A stretch of 64,000 bases of DNA from Plasmodiophora brassicae. Taxonomy: Eukaryota. Numbering within the stretch: position 1 is the stretch's first letter; every line of letters starts with the position of its first letter. This document shows, in pieces, positions 11,824 to 26,100 of the stretch. The DNA lies in NCBI GenBank assembly GCA_036867785.1, contig CP145416.1, positions 992,001-1,056,000 on the forward strand. The letters run 5' to 3'. The notes beneath the pieces are model-generated. The model searched no databases, had not been told where the DNA came from, and worked only from the letters and a program-made list of their open reading frames with translations. Both the position numbers and the translations under genes were made by a program.

Positions 11824-12446
11824 AGGTTCACCAGAGAACGCCCGACGGACGTCGTTGACATTGGACGACTGTGAATACCAACGTCAATGTTCCACACATA
11901 TCATTGAAATACGCTCACGGTCAGACCATAAATAGTTTCCGATTTCGAGCAGCTTGCGAAGGAGCTGCATTACAACGTCGTCGCGCCCAGCGGTTCTGCG
12001 TCCCATCGACAACCTGAACCATGATCGTTTCGGAGTGCGTGGCGGACTTCACTTGGAGTGTCCTGACAACTCCTGAAGGCAACATGCTATCTGTACGCCA
12101 ATAAACACGGCTTTTAATCTGCATAACATGGGCGAAACCTGATCTCGTTGGGCAATACCGCCTCAAAGCTGTGGGATCACCGAAAGGATCGAATCCTATG
12201 TATGCGTGCCACTCGTGCATGCGGTTGGTACCATTCCTCATGACAAAGTCGACGTCATTCCACATGACGACGATCGAATTTGCCCCGCATGGATCTGTTA
12301 ACAAGTGCTCGTTTCATGCCATCTCCCTACACGAATGGTTAGGGATAACTGCATTCGGTTCGTTCTGAACGCACCGGCCGTTTATTTGTACCTGTACATA
12401 CATGTAGTTATGTCTGGGTCTCGAAAGCCTGTCGAACTGTGTACCG

Positions 12447-13309
12447 CTAGACCAAATCGGTCCAGGTATCGTTGGCAATGTACCGGATAGGGATCAGACG
12501 CAGCCGGAAAGTTTCCAGAATTTGCCCAATGATACGCGTCCTCAATCGCGTTCGGACCATAACTCGCCGTATAAACCGGTCGCTCGTCGCAAAGACGGCA
12601 CGCCTGCCTTGGTCTGGAGGAATCTGTAACGGGTCGGCAGCGTTGACGAAGAATCCGGCCGCTATAATCTGCTCGACATGCGACCGACACTCTCTGGCGA
12701 ACGTCTGCGAAAACTGCAATTTCTCGACGATCTCGTTGCAAACGACGTCGAGATCGTCAGGCGATGGTGCAGCGGACGGATCCGCGACTCTGAGAGTCTC
12801 GATCACATCGGGAAGATCGTACTGAAGGTCGCGCTCGATCTGCGGCAGGGCATACAATTTCTTGCCTGCGCCGGGATCCGGTCATGACAGGGCGCATTGT
12901 TTGGCAAGGTTGACAGTACCGAGCGCATCGTGATCGCGAATAAACTTGACCCACGTTGGGAACCTCCCAGTCATGTAGAACATGACCAGGTTCGAATCGA
13001 CGATGTACGTGTCGTCGTGCGGCAGTGTCCACATTGGCTGTTCCTGTCGAGAACGACGCGCAACGTCGTCTTGTGGCCCAATGCATGGCTTCGCGGGGCC
13101 TGCCGGTCCCGAAGACACACGTTCCTCGTCCAGTGACGATTCTCCCGTCCACAACGACATGGGTCGGACCTGCACCCACCGGTTCATTCGACCTGTAGCG
13201 ATATGCTCGTCCAGCATACCTGTCTGGAAGTCATGGCGTAATACAGGCCGCGCTCGCTGTGCAGCCGTCGCCGTCGACAGCATCGCGCCAGCCTCGCATG
13301 TGGCATCAT
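12447..13309 (-). CDS. PIN-domain-like protein with probable mitochondrial presequence (3 exons)
   Basis: Spliced model MMPHARLARCCRRRRLHS..TSRQ|VRPMSLW..YIVDSNLVMFY..DALG|KKLYALPQIERDL..VFATSDRF. Intron 1 is 13170-13219. PIN-like motifs DSN, E and TSD are present. Confidence 0.5.
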
Positions 13310-13612
13310 GGGCTAACTATGGCGCGTCGCGCATGGGGGACGACGATTCAGATTGCTTCCAGTATATTGTATTACGACATCACGTCTGGTTCCGTGTCCC
13401 CATTCAGCAGGAAGGTTCCTGCCTGGCGCACAAAAACAAGGCTGCCCCGTCCCGGTCGAGCGCGGATCGCGGCAGAAGCTGCAGTTCGTCGGCGGGGAGG
13501 TCGGCACGGGCTCAGTGGTTGTTCTATTCCTGGGGCCCTGAGGCCCCGGACGTAACGGGTCGGCCCAGGCAGTGCGTGATGCGCGCAGTGGTCATCGTTC
13601 GCGCCGGCCACC

Positions 13613-15679
13613 ATGATGCCGAGCGAGGCGCTGCGCCAGTCCATGCGGGACAGCCTGTACGCGCGCGCCGAGCCGTCTGCGCATTCGTCGTCGTCCGTGC
13701 TGACGGTACGCGTGCAGGTTTGCGGAGATCGCCGGGTTCTTCGCCACCGAGGACGAGGGCAGGAGCATCGCCAGCAAGATGGAGGAGAATTGCTTCCACA
13801 AGGCTCAGACGCAGGTCGGTGTCCTGTCACCGACGTATCGTTTACCCATTAGGTGTCGTCATCGACGCAGGAGGAGTACCTGAGCTCGTTCCAGAAGCAC
13901 CTCCTTCAACTGAAGAATTTGAAGAAGGAAGCGGCTCAGAATCAGAAGTCGACGAGTAGTGTCGAACCCCAGCCCCAGGCGGCGACGCCATCGCATGCAG
14001 CACCGACACCGTTGCATGCAGGGCCGGCACAGCAGATGCAACCTCGCGTCATGCCCGTGTCGTCGTCGGCCGTTGCCGGCGCCGTGCAAGCCGTGCCGAT
14101 CAACGAGAACCAGAACAGGAACAATGAGATCCTCGAGTACCTGACGCAGTGCCAGAAGAAGATCTCGCCGGCGTTCCTGGAGTCCATCGTCGACTTCAGA
14201 CAGAAGCTGTTCTTCGAGCAGCTCGTCCTGGAAATCCATTCCGTTCGCCAGGCGCTGGAGAAAGGCGTCTCGGCGACGCACGCTGACCTCGTCCCTCGCA
14301 TCAAGGTTATCGTCGAGAAGGTTGTTGGCATCGTGCTATTGGTCAACGTCTAGCGCGCAATCATTCATTGCTCATCGTGCAGGTTCGTGCGATCAACAAA
14401 TCCCAGGCGCAGCATTCGCAGAACGTGGCCGCCGCGTCTCGCCACGCCCAGATACAGGCCGCTATGGGGGCCGCTGCCGTGTGTTTATTCACGAAGCGTG
14501 TGGCATGTGCTCCTGCTGATGATACCCTGTGCACAGCATGCGTCTTCTAGGCCCATCCCTGTTGCGCAAGCGGTTGCTTCGCCCATGGAACAAGTCCAGC
14601 CAGTGACGACGCCAGCGGCGGGTGCGAAACGGAAGCGCTCGAAGCCAGCAGCATCCCGCACGAAACAGCCCAGTCGATCGTCGAGCTCAGCGTCGCTCGG
14701 CAAGGCTGCCGCGGGAGCTGACGGCACCATTTCCAGGTCGAACTCATTAGATGGACTTCAGACCGCATTCGATCCCAAGCAGGTTTCTCCAGGTACCGAT
14801 GTCTCGTCTGTTGGCGTGTGTGTGTGTGTGTGTGTACCTGATTGTCGACAGGGATCAAGGGGTTCTTCGACCACCTCGCCAAGTTTGACAAGAAGTCGGC
14901 CCAGGCGATGCTGCGGTTATCATCGCAACGCATTGGCACCATGCTGACGTATATCGAGACGCGGGAGGGATTCGAGGCGGCTCAGGCCATCCGGGATTCC
15001 CACATCAACGCCGCTGCCAAGCAGGCGCAGAAACCGTCATCGCCGCCCAACCCGTACGTACCGCGCTCGCTGGTTGTCCTCATGCTGACCTCATTTACGC
15101 AGGCTTCCCGTGTCAGACGAACCCGAGGCGGCGGCCGCGACACCGGCTCCCGAGGCCCCAGCGGCAGATACCACGACGCGCGTCCCTGCCAGTTCCGCTT
15201 TGTTGACGGACCCGCTGACAGATGGCATCACCGGTCGGCTTGTTGCCGAATCTGTCGCCGAAGACACCAGCGTCCCCGTTATCGCAGACCGCGGCGTCCC
15301 CTATCAGAAAGAACTGGACCAGATCCGTTCATCCGGGTTGTTCTTCATCATTCCCATCGACCGTCGGCATCCGTCCTGGCGCATGATACGATTCGACCTG
15401 CTGGCCATGTCGGTGCCGTCGCTGCTCGTCGGCATCCGCAACGACTACAACGAGCAGGAGCCGGTCGCCGACCGCATCCAGTACCGGGTCCAGAAGGGGA
15501 CGTCCACGATGGCCGACGAGAACATCAGGCAGATCGACGCGCTTCTTCGCCGATGCATGGGGCAGCGTCGCCCGATCCTGTTCGACCTCATCTGCACCTG
15601 GCACCTCGCCCTGAAGCACGTCTTCTCCATCGACACCGACCAACAGCAGCAGACGCAGCAGGCGACAACGGATTCGTAA
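13613..15679 (+). CDS. MED15: Mediator subunit 15-like protein (multi-exon)
   Basis: N-terminal KIX-like SEALRQSMRDSL..IASKMEENCFHKAQTQ|EEYLSSFQKHLLQLK, a Q/P/A-rich linker, and C-terminal SVPSLLVGIRNDYNEQEP..LFDLICTW resembling the MED15 C-terminal domain. Confidence 0.6.
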
Positions 15680-15744
15680 ACGCGATATAGCCCCGATAAT
15701 AACATTTCGGTTCTTATTATTAGTCGTGGTCGTGCGCGCGGCGT

Positions 15745-16027
15745 TCACGCCGATGCCTGTGGAGGAACAGGCACGCTAACGGCGCTGAGCCGCTGCGCGT
15801 CTCTGGACTTGGCCTCGGTGTAGTGGTTGTAGCACATGATGTTGCCCTGGTGCAGGAACACGATGTGGCCGACGGTGCCCAGCTGCTCGCCGCAGACGGT
15901 GCACTTCACGCACGACTTGTGCAACTTGCGGTCCTTGACCTTGACGCCCAGGCGCGACTCGCTGATCGGCAGGTGGCACGACGAGCACGTCGAGTGGTGG
16001 TGCCCGACCTGCTTCTTCCTGTCGTCA

Positions 16028-16059
<32 letters not shown>

Positions 16060-19000
16060 CCCGCCACCCGCCCTGAAATCGTTCCTGCACAGGATCTTCC
16101 CGTTCAGGCTGTGTATCGTCCTGTTCAGCAAGCTGGCCCCAACGCCCGTCAGCACCAGTGCGCCCCATTAGGGCGGGCCGACGAACCTCGTGTCGCAGAC
16201 GGCACATCGGACGCATGCCAGATGGTACGGCACCGTGTTGACGACGGTCCTGTCCTGGTCCTGGCCGATCGGCAGCGTGCAGGTCGGGCAGGTCGGCGTG
16301 CCGGTCAGCTGCGGGCAGTGGTCCTGGCAGAGGATCTCCAGCGGCAGATGGCTGGCGATGTGGAAGCGCTTCCCAGAGCTGGGCCGGTCGCCACACACGC
16401 CGCACGACGGGCAGTCCTGGTGGAATCGGTACGGCGCGATCTGGTACGACGCCGACATGTCGTCCGACGTCAGCTCTAGCAGCGCGCACCCGGTCACGAC
16501 GCGCGTCGTCCCAACCCACAAACGGAGCGGGGTGCACCTTGTTGGCAGACGCCGCAGTACGTGTTCAGGATGGCCTCCTTGGCGTGGTTGGCGCAGTACA
16601 GAGCGTTGCCCGACCGCAGCATGACGCACTGGCGCCCGTCGCCGACCAGGGGCACCTGGCAGTGGCTGCAGGTGGCACAGTCTTTGTGGAACGCGTTCGC
16701 CCCGATCGCGTAGTAGTCGGACGTGATCGCCGACGAGCACTTGGCGCACGACCGCCAGAAGTGGTGCAGGAAGTCCCGGCGGCAGTACATGGCGCCGCGC
16801 CAGACCATGGTCGCCGTGTCCCCTGCGTTTGGGGGGAGGCACACGTCTCAACGGGGCACCCCTCGCGTTCAGCGGCAACCGAAACGTACGTCCACAATCG
16901 GTGCAGACGGCACAGTCCGGGTGCACACGCGTCCCGTTCGTCAGCCGGACGCTGCCGTCGCCCGCCACGAGTTTCGTGGCGCAGACGGCGCACGACGGCC
17001 GACCCGCCAGGTAATCCGCCTCGCAGACGGGCAACACGTCCAGACGGTACTGCTCGTCGTACGACGACACCGCGCTACGACACGTCGCGCATGTGGTAGA
17101 ACGTGGCCTGGCCGTTTCGACGGCCGACACGTGCGCTGGGGATGGGCGGATCTCGTCCGGCAGCAACGACAGGTCCATGGCGGCGTCCAGCAGCGCACCG
17201 ATAGCCTGCCCAGCGTTGTCAGCGAAGGATTGGCGACAACCGGGGTGGGTGGACGACTCCACCGACCTCGTCGTCCACTGGGGCAGTGCTCCTGTAGTCG
17301 ACGTGAGCGACGAACGCGCTCGCGGTATGTCGCCCTGAGGCGGCGGCGCTGGCCGCCGCCGCACCGCTGCTGGAGGTCGACGGCGCCTGCATCGAATCCA
17401 CCCTGACACAGGAGGGGGCGTCAGTTGCGGAACGCCACGAGAGGCGGCCGTCGTACGGGTCGACCAGGTGGGCGCTCCCGGCGCCGCTGGCGACGCCTGC
17501 CACGACCGTCAGTACGATAATAAACGGCAAAGGGGGGCACGCCCTGGCCGACCGTGCAGGCCCGATCGGACCGAGTTCAGGTCGGCCAGCAGCTTCAGCG
17601 ACTGTTTCGCCCTGTTCGACGACGTCAGCCATGTCGCGCCCGCGGCGCCGGCACACAACACGAACGTACGTTTCCTTCTGGAACGACGCCTGCTTGGCGG
17701 TGGCGACGTGATCCCGCTGGATCGTCGATCGTCGTCGCGACAGCTGCGACACGATGGGCGTCAGCCGTCGTCGTCGTCGCGTCGCGCTCTGGCGTTGTCG
17801 ATTCGTACCGATTTGTGTGGGCTGGCTCTGGAGATCGACTGCATCGACGGTTCGTCGTCGTTCGACAACGTCGACAGGACGGACGACGAGCGCTGCGGCG
17901 GGCTCTCCTCGACGATCTGACGCGCCAGTCAGCGGGTCGGCCACACACACGAACGGGGGGATGGGGGCGGCAGACCTCCTGGAGCTGGCCGAGGTCGCTG
18001 CTGCTGGCCACGACGCGATGATCCTGCAGGGCCCCACCGTTCAAACGATCCCGCGTCCGACAACGGCACCGTCGGTCACCTTGACGCCCGTCAGCGACAT
18101 GGACCCGGCGTTGGCGATCGTGCCGCGTTTCACGGCCGACGGCGCGTCCTGCTGGATAAAGGCGCCGATGCCGACGTCGACCTCGAACCCGACCGGCCCG
18201 CTCGACAGGTGCGACCTGGCGTTGCCCACCCCCTCGTCATCAGCACGCGCAGGCCAGCATGACCCCCGCGATGACCGACCGACCTGGGGAACAGCCCGGT
18301 CCGGTTCCTGACGCAGACCAGCACCATCTTCTGCTGCATGCGCCCGGACAGCACGGCGACGACCTCGCCCAGCTGGGCGGACACCCAGAAGTCCTTCGTC
18401 TCGCCTGGGAGAGCGCGCGTCAGACGAGGCGCGCGCCCGATCAGCCGACACGCGGATCGTTACGTTTGCTGCCCGCGAACATGGTCCTGTCGACGCGGTA
18501 CAGGTGGCGGACGTGCCCAGACAGGCGCTCGGCGGCGCTGAGCGCCTGCGCTTCGGACGCGTAATCGACGACCATGAACGTCATCCGGCGGCTGAGCGGC
18601 CGGGGCGCAATCGTCGACGGGACCGGTTCGGCAGCGGGGGCCGCCAGGGACGGGCGCGCCGGCTGCTGCTGATGATGATGCGGCTGGCGGATCAGCGCCA
18701 GCGAGTCGCCGGCCAGGTCGCTGTCGCCCGTCGTCTTCCTGTTCTCCTGCTGGATCGAGAGCGCGATACGCAGGCGCAGCGTCTTCCACGAGTAATCGCT
18801 GGATGCGGTGTCGCCGTCGCGATAGGCGGCGCCGTCGCCCATGATGGACGCCTTCCGCTTCCGGGCCTTGGCGCCGATGCCGACCTTCAGCGCCTGGCGC
18901 TTCAGCAGGTACAGGTTGCGGGACAGGGTGGACGCGTCCCGGTACGTGGCGTACAGGCAGGACGCGTCGCTGAACATGGACAGGTACTGGCGTATGGCGC

Positions 19001-20737
19001 CCAGCATGCCGTCCGCCTGAGCGCGCGCGCTGCCGTCCATCGCGACCACCACCGACCGGTGGACGACTTCGCCGAGCTGGACGGCGGCGTCGACCTGCGT
19101 GCACAAACCCGGTCACGACGACGGCCCTGCGCGCCGATGTGTGCCAACCCGCCCCCCTACCAGGTCGCGGTCGATCATCGCGCTGCCGTCCGAGGCCATG
19201 TGCACGGCGATGTCCTTGAACTCGACCGACAGTCGATAGGCGGGCCTGTGGACGGTGTCAGGTTTCAAGGCCGCCGCCGTCCCCCCTCGAGGGGTGCCCT
19301 GAATGCGGCTCATACGAGTAGAAGACGAACTGTTCGACGGCCTCGAACAGCTTGAGGACGTTCGGCAGGATGACGTTGTTCTTCGTGAACTGCGGTGACG
19401 GGACGTGCCGGAACCGGTTGAGCAGGACGAACAGGACGACGCGGACCAGGGCGGACGCTTCGCCATCGTACGGCCCGAACGCTGTGCGACAGGGACGTTA
19501 GGGCGGGACAGCAACGAGACAGGGCCGGCAGGGGCGCCGATTGCGATACTTTTCTCGATCTGCTCGATGACCTTCTGCAGCAGCTGTCGGGTGCCGTCGC
19601 GCCTGACCAGCAGGTTCCGCATCAGGACCATGGACATGACGTTGATGACCATCTTGAAGTTGTATCGCGTCGTTCCGTCGCCGACGACGTCCAGGAAATT
19701 GTCGCCGTCCGCCGACGACAGGACCGCAACCTGTGCATGGCGATCAACGAGCGGCCCCGGGCCTGGCGAGGACAGCGGGATCCGACCTGCGGGCGTTTCA
19801 GCAGGTTCAGCATCATGTCCAGCCAGTTCTTGTACGCCAGGAACGCGTCGGCGTTCAGCGGCTCGTTCTCGAGCAGGAACGAGAAGTTCTGCGTCGTCAG
19901 GCGCCACGCGTCGACGTCGGACACGTTCAGCATCGTCACAATCTGCGACGCCGCTCAAATGGCGGCTGTGCAATTGGTCAACCCCCGCCCCGGGGATGGG
20001 CATTACCGTTCCGATCATGGCGGGCGACCGAATGTACCGCGATTGGAACCCCTGGCTGGCCTCCAGGTCGTCGGCGGCGATGTGGTTGACAAGGACCTCG
20101 AACGCGGCCGCGGTCACTTCCTCGGACACGAACATCCGCTCCGACATCGCCTGGCGCATCGCTAAGCGCGGGAGCGGCGCTCGGGGTCGGCCAGCGAAAC
20201 GCGTACCTGCATGTAGGCCGGCCAGGGCGGCATCAGGTCGCCCGCCATCTGCATTTCGTGAATGATCGGGTTGGCGACCGCCACAGGCGTGACAACGCCG
20301 ACACACTTGCCAGCGTACTGCTGGATCTGTTCCAGGGCGTACGCGACGCGGACGGCCCAGGCGGCCAGGGCGCCCTCCCGTTCCTTGCCGACCCGACCGA
20401 GGAGGTACTGCATGAACCCGGTGATGGCCAGGCTTCTCTGGGCCAGAATCCGACACGGCGACGGGTTCTCCTTCTGCCGGACTGGCCATCGCGACGACTG
20501 GCATTGGCAGTGGGTGACGGGAGCGGCGTGCACGGCGTCGCACGTCAACGTGGCTTTAGGCGGCCCGGCGGCATCGTCGACGGCGCGAGTGTCGACGAAC
20601 GCCGCCAGGATGGCCTGGAAGATCAGCGGCCACTCGTGGTCTAGCAGGTCGCGGGTGTCCTCGTCCAGGGCGGCAAGGACCGTGCTTCGCGGGCACTGGA
20701 CGGCAGCGTGCCCTATGAACTGGCGTGCCTCCGACAT
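15745..20737 (-). CDS. Large multi-exon protein: neurobeachin/LRBA-like alpha-solenoid N-terminus plus about 5.5 C-terminal LIM domains
   Basis: GT-AG introns link the exons through 17200-18300 into one gene. AAFEVLVN..YIRSPAMIGT|IVTMLN..QNFSFLLENEPLNADAFLAYKNWLDMMLNLL resembles the NBEA armadillo-like region. The C-terminus has repeated CxxC..HxxC..CxxC..CxxH/D. Confidence 0.7.
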
Positions 20738-20915
20738 TCGGTCACCGCCGCGTTAGCATCTGGCGTCGAACGCAGCGCGCCGTATTAGTCGGGGGGCACC
20801 GATATCGTCAAATGGCGGACACGCGTATCGCTCGACGAAGTATCTGTCGTCGCGGGAATCTGGGATCAATCGGGCCATGCGCGCACCCCTGAATAAATTG
20901 TATGCGACGATGCGA

Positions 20916-22325
<1,410 letters not shown>

Positions 22326-22395
22326 CGGTTTCGAAGAGACGAATTTGGGGAATGGGCAGTCATGGTTCCGGTCCGGATATCAACGTCCAGGACGG

Positions 22396-22423
22396 TGACG
22401 TCATTGAAGGGGGCGTGACGTCA
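22396..22423. promoter_or_regulatory. Two perfect TGACGTCA (CRE/ATF, bZIP-type) palindromes 20 bp apart in a divergent promoter
   Basis: GTGACGTCAT occurs at 22395-22404 and 22415-22424, between starts at 22325 (-) and 22534 (+). Confidence 0.45.
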
Positions 22424-22533
22424 TCGACATCGACGATCTGTCAACATCCGTCTGTACCAACTTAATTGCGAAAGGAGCGATTCGGGATCGGCGAGGGGTA
22501 CCACATCGTTGGACGTCGTCGGGTTGCATCGCG

Positions 22534-23139
22534 ATGCTCAAGGTCCGCCAAAGCATTATCAACCGACCGATTCGGCCGGTGGCGTCGCGAGCCACCCAGG
22601 AGAGCATCGACAGCGAGTACGCGTTGGAGACGTCGCGGGCCGAATCTCGACGCCAACGACGCCAAGCGCTGATCAGGGAGCGACAACGGTGCCTGTTCGG
22701 GACGCCCGAAGAGAAGGCCCAGATAGCGTTGGCCGACCGGACGTGTGGGTCTTTATTGACGCTGCCCGCTGACCCCTCGACAGGCACGAGGTGAAGACGA
22801 ACCAGGAAGAGCTGGAGAGAGCGAAGGAGGCGATCGCGCGCGACGAAGAACGACGCGACGCCTGGGTCATGGAAGGGGCCAAACGGCGCGAGGAAATGGT
22901 TAACGCCATGTCTATGAACGACAACGCCGCCCGCCGACGATACCTGCAGATGCTACGAGATGATAACAGGAAGGCATGGGGTCGCCGGCGGCTGTACGCG
23001 TCCCAGTGCCTGACTCGTCTGGGATCAGCTGGCTGAGTACCGGCAAAGGCTTCGTAAGGAACAGGAGGAGAGCGAGAAGCGGGAGGCGAGGCAGGGCGCG
23101 ACGTTCTGCGACCGCTTCGGCAGGAACGCCATCTCGTGA
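22534..23139 (+). CDS. Small charged coiled-coil hypothetical protein (3 exons)
   Basis: MLKVRQSIINRP..ALADR|HEVKTNQEELERAKE..LRDDNRK|LAEYRQRLRKEQEE..FCDRFGRNAIS. The second intron is modelled as GC-AG, 22974-23028. Confidence 0.65.
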
Positions 23140-23177
23140 TGACGCTGAATACATGGGGTTGCTGTTCATCTACATAT

Positions 23178-26100
23178 TTATTCGTTTGTGGGCGTCGCCA
23201 CGGCCGACGAGTCGGCTGTAGACGGTACGGTGGACGGCGCCGCGGCCGCCGCCGCCGCCGCCGCCGCCTGCCCTTTCTGCTGCATCAGCTTTATACGCGT
23301 GTGCGCCAGCTCGATACGTTCGGCGAACACTTCCTGCCGTGCGACCTCGATCATCTCGCGCTGCCTCAGCAACAGCGCCTGGACTTCGTCGTACTGCTTC
23401 ATCTTCAGCTCGATCTTCTTCATCTGCGTGCCGAACAGCTCGACGAGCAGAGCGAGTATGGACCTCGACTCTTCGGCGGAGACATCGCGCGCCCTCAGCA
23501 CCGTTGACACCATGCTTTGGCCGACAATGGAGTCGAACGCCGCTTGCTCTGCAGTACTGCTGCCGGGCGCGCCTTCCTCGCTCTGTCGTACACATCATAC
23601 ATCAGTGGAGCTCACGAAGGCGTTCGTCGCACACTGCAGACCGCTGGTGTTAGGGAATCGATGGGCGCATAGAGCTTGCCATATGGCAGCTGGACCTCAA
23701 CGATGCCGTCGGGTCGGACGTCCTCCACAATCACCCCGGTACCGAAATGTGGGGCACGGACCACCATGCCAACGGCCACGTTGCCAGCTCCATCGTCGAC
23801 CTGCATGGCATCCGGCGCTGACGACGGGCTCGGAGCAGGCGTCGGCTTGCTTTCAGCGGAGGGCCATGGTGCCTTCGACGCCACTGTACATAGCGTCAGG
23901 TTCGGGACCGGAGAACTGGCATGCGATCGACTTACGAGCGGCTGCTGCATTCGGGTCCAAGCATGACGCCAGAACGGCGGCTTCTTTTAGAAGCGAATTG
24001 GAAACGTCTTTGAACGGCAGCAGCAAGTCTGGACGAGCGCGATCAAGTAGGTCGGAGCCGCCAGAATCCGCAGTTCTGTCTTTAATGGGAACTCGCAGGA
24101 AACGTTCAACGCAATCTGAGGGGGATTTGCCTCCGCCGACAGCCTGACAAAGTAACGCCCGTTTCAGATTTCGGCAGAAACGCCACCATGGCATTGGCGG
24201 CACAACCTGAGCAACCGCGTCCCAATCCTCGCCATAGTCGCACACCGCATTGAGCAAACGAAGCGTCGATTCAGGATCCCATTGATCATCGGTCAGGCCA
24301 GTCCTCTGAGAAGACGCAATTCAGACGCAACGGCGCCACGTACGATACCTGCATCAGACCGTGTGCCCTTCAACGACGGGAGGAACGCCATTTGACAGGC
24401 CGTCAAGAGACATGTCGTCCGCTACAAGCGTACTTCAGTTAAACGACGCCACAGGTGCCACAATAACGTAGTCCTACGTTCAGCAGACTGGACACCCGCG
24501 TATGGAGATTGCGTGTAGATCGGCGCCGTGTTGAAATCGGGATTTCCAGGGCCCTACAACGCTCAACGTCAGAAACAATTGTTGCCCAGCAAGCGTGACG
24601 AGCCAACGCCGTAGGCAGGTAGAGTCCCCGGGTCGACGTGATAGTTGATGATGCCCCATTGCTCGAGGAAGTTGTGGATACGAAACAGAGCAACGGCGTC
24701 TCCCTGTGGACGAGCATCAGCAGAGTTAGGTGACGATGCCACTAGACTGTCAGGCGCAGCAACGAACGGCAATCATTTTCCGGCATGCGGTCGCAGAAAG
24801 ATGGACACGAGGATTGGCACGGTAACAGTTGACAATGAAGTTACGTTGTTGCTAAGTACAGAGCCGTTAGACCCGCGACGAGAGACCGAAGCGACACCCC
24901 CATCTACCATGTAAAGCTTCTCAGCAGCCACGTTCGGCCTTGGCGCCGATTTGTCGGTGGTGTCCGAAGGAAACAGCTCGTGAAGCGACTTCTTCTCGTT
25001 AGCATGAATGGCGTCCATCTTGAACCAAGACGAGTAGCAGGGGAGAACAACAGGGAACTCTGCCTTTGTACTGGGGCGGACGCCACTAAGTACAGGACCA
25101 GAAAATGGAAGAACGTCCGAGATCTGTTCGGCGATGTCAGCATGCCTATCGTACAATCATATCGGATAAATTTCTTACAGTGCGTGTCGCCTTGGCGGCC
25201 GGCTGTCGAACCCTGGCGTCATCACCTGGATGTCTAGCTGGCGAACCCAGTTCAACGAAGGGAGGCTCGGATGCGGCGTCGGGCGACATGGGCGCTGGAG
25301 ACTACAGCAACCATTCAGCGGTCACCGCGAGCGTCAATATATCGGTGAGACGTACAGCAGGTGACGCGATCCTGCTTTTCTTGTGCGACTTCATTGACAG
25401 GCCGTCGTTTGACACGCGACGCTTCTTTGAGTTGACAGCAGCAAAATCCACAGCAGAACGACCAAGAACAATTGGTCCTACGCAGCGTTTAGACCTTCGA
25501 AATCAAAGCAAGCCGTTCGAAACGAACCAGAAGTACTGATTACGGAATAAGCACCATCACCGTGTCGACGAAGCCTGATGGTTGACGGATCGTCGTCAGA
25601 TAAGGCAAAATCGTACGGGTCCATCCACTCATTGTGAAGCTCGGATGCCTTGATCCAGTCAGCAGACTGACCCAGAGTTACTCAAATGATGCATTGCGGC
25701 GAATCGAACAGAACCTACTATACGTAGCGGAACGCCGACTTGTCGGTCCTCCAGTTCGAAGACAGAGGGGTCAACGCTCTTCGAAGGCAGCCACCTCCTG
25801 TAACTGGGAGGGGATCTCGTGTAATGAAGAAGCACATGCGGTCCGTTTCGAGCGAGGACCTTTTCGCCCGCCTTCTCCGACCCTGAAACAGTGTGGCCAT
25901 TGTCGACAAACTATGGATCAAAGTGAGCCGCTGTGAAGGAAGAAGGCAGGCAGAGACTCTTACGTATAGTGCCTCTTCTGGGGCGCATGCCTGACCTCCA
26001 AGTGTCTCGACAACCCGGGCCAGCTCTTCAACTACGCTTGCGCCAAGTGCCGGATTAAGGTGCACTCGAACTGGCGGATCAACGTCGGCTCGTAGCCGGA

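Noticed and set aside
11921-12304. 127-aa minus-strand ORF between the Faf1-like and PIN-like genes
   Set aside because: It starts at a non-ATG codon, has no recognisable motif, and gives no convincing splice model; left uncalled.
14816-14835. (GT)n microsatellites here and near 21321 and 59355; GCG/GCC runs at 16028 and 23245
   Set aside because: Ordinary intronic/intergenic microsatellites and poly-Ala codon runs.
15823-20265. Numerous long Arg/Pro-rich plus-strand ORFs
   Set aside because: They are antisense shadows of the GC-rich LIM gene, with no independent motifs.
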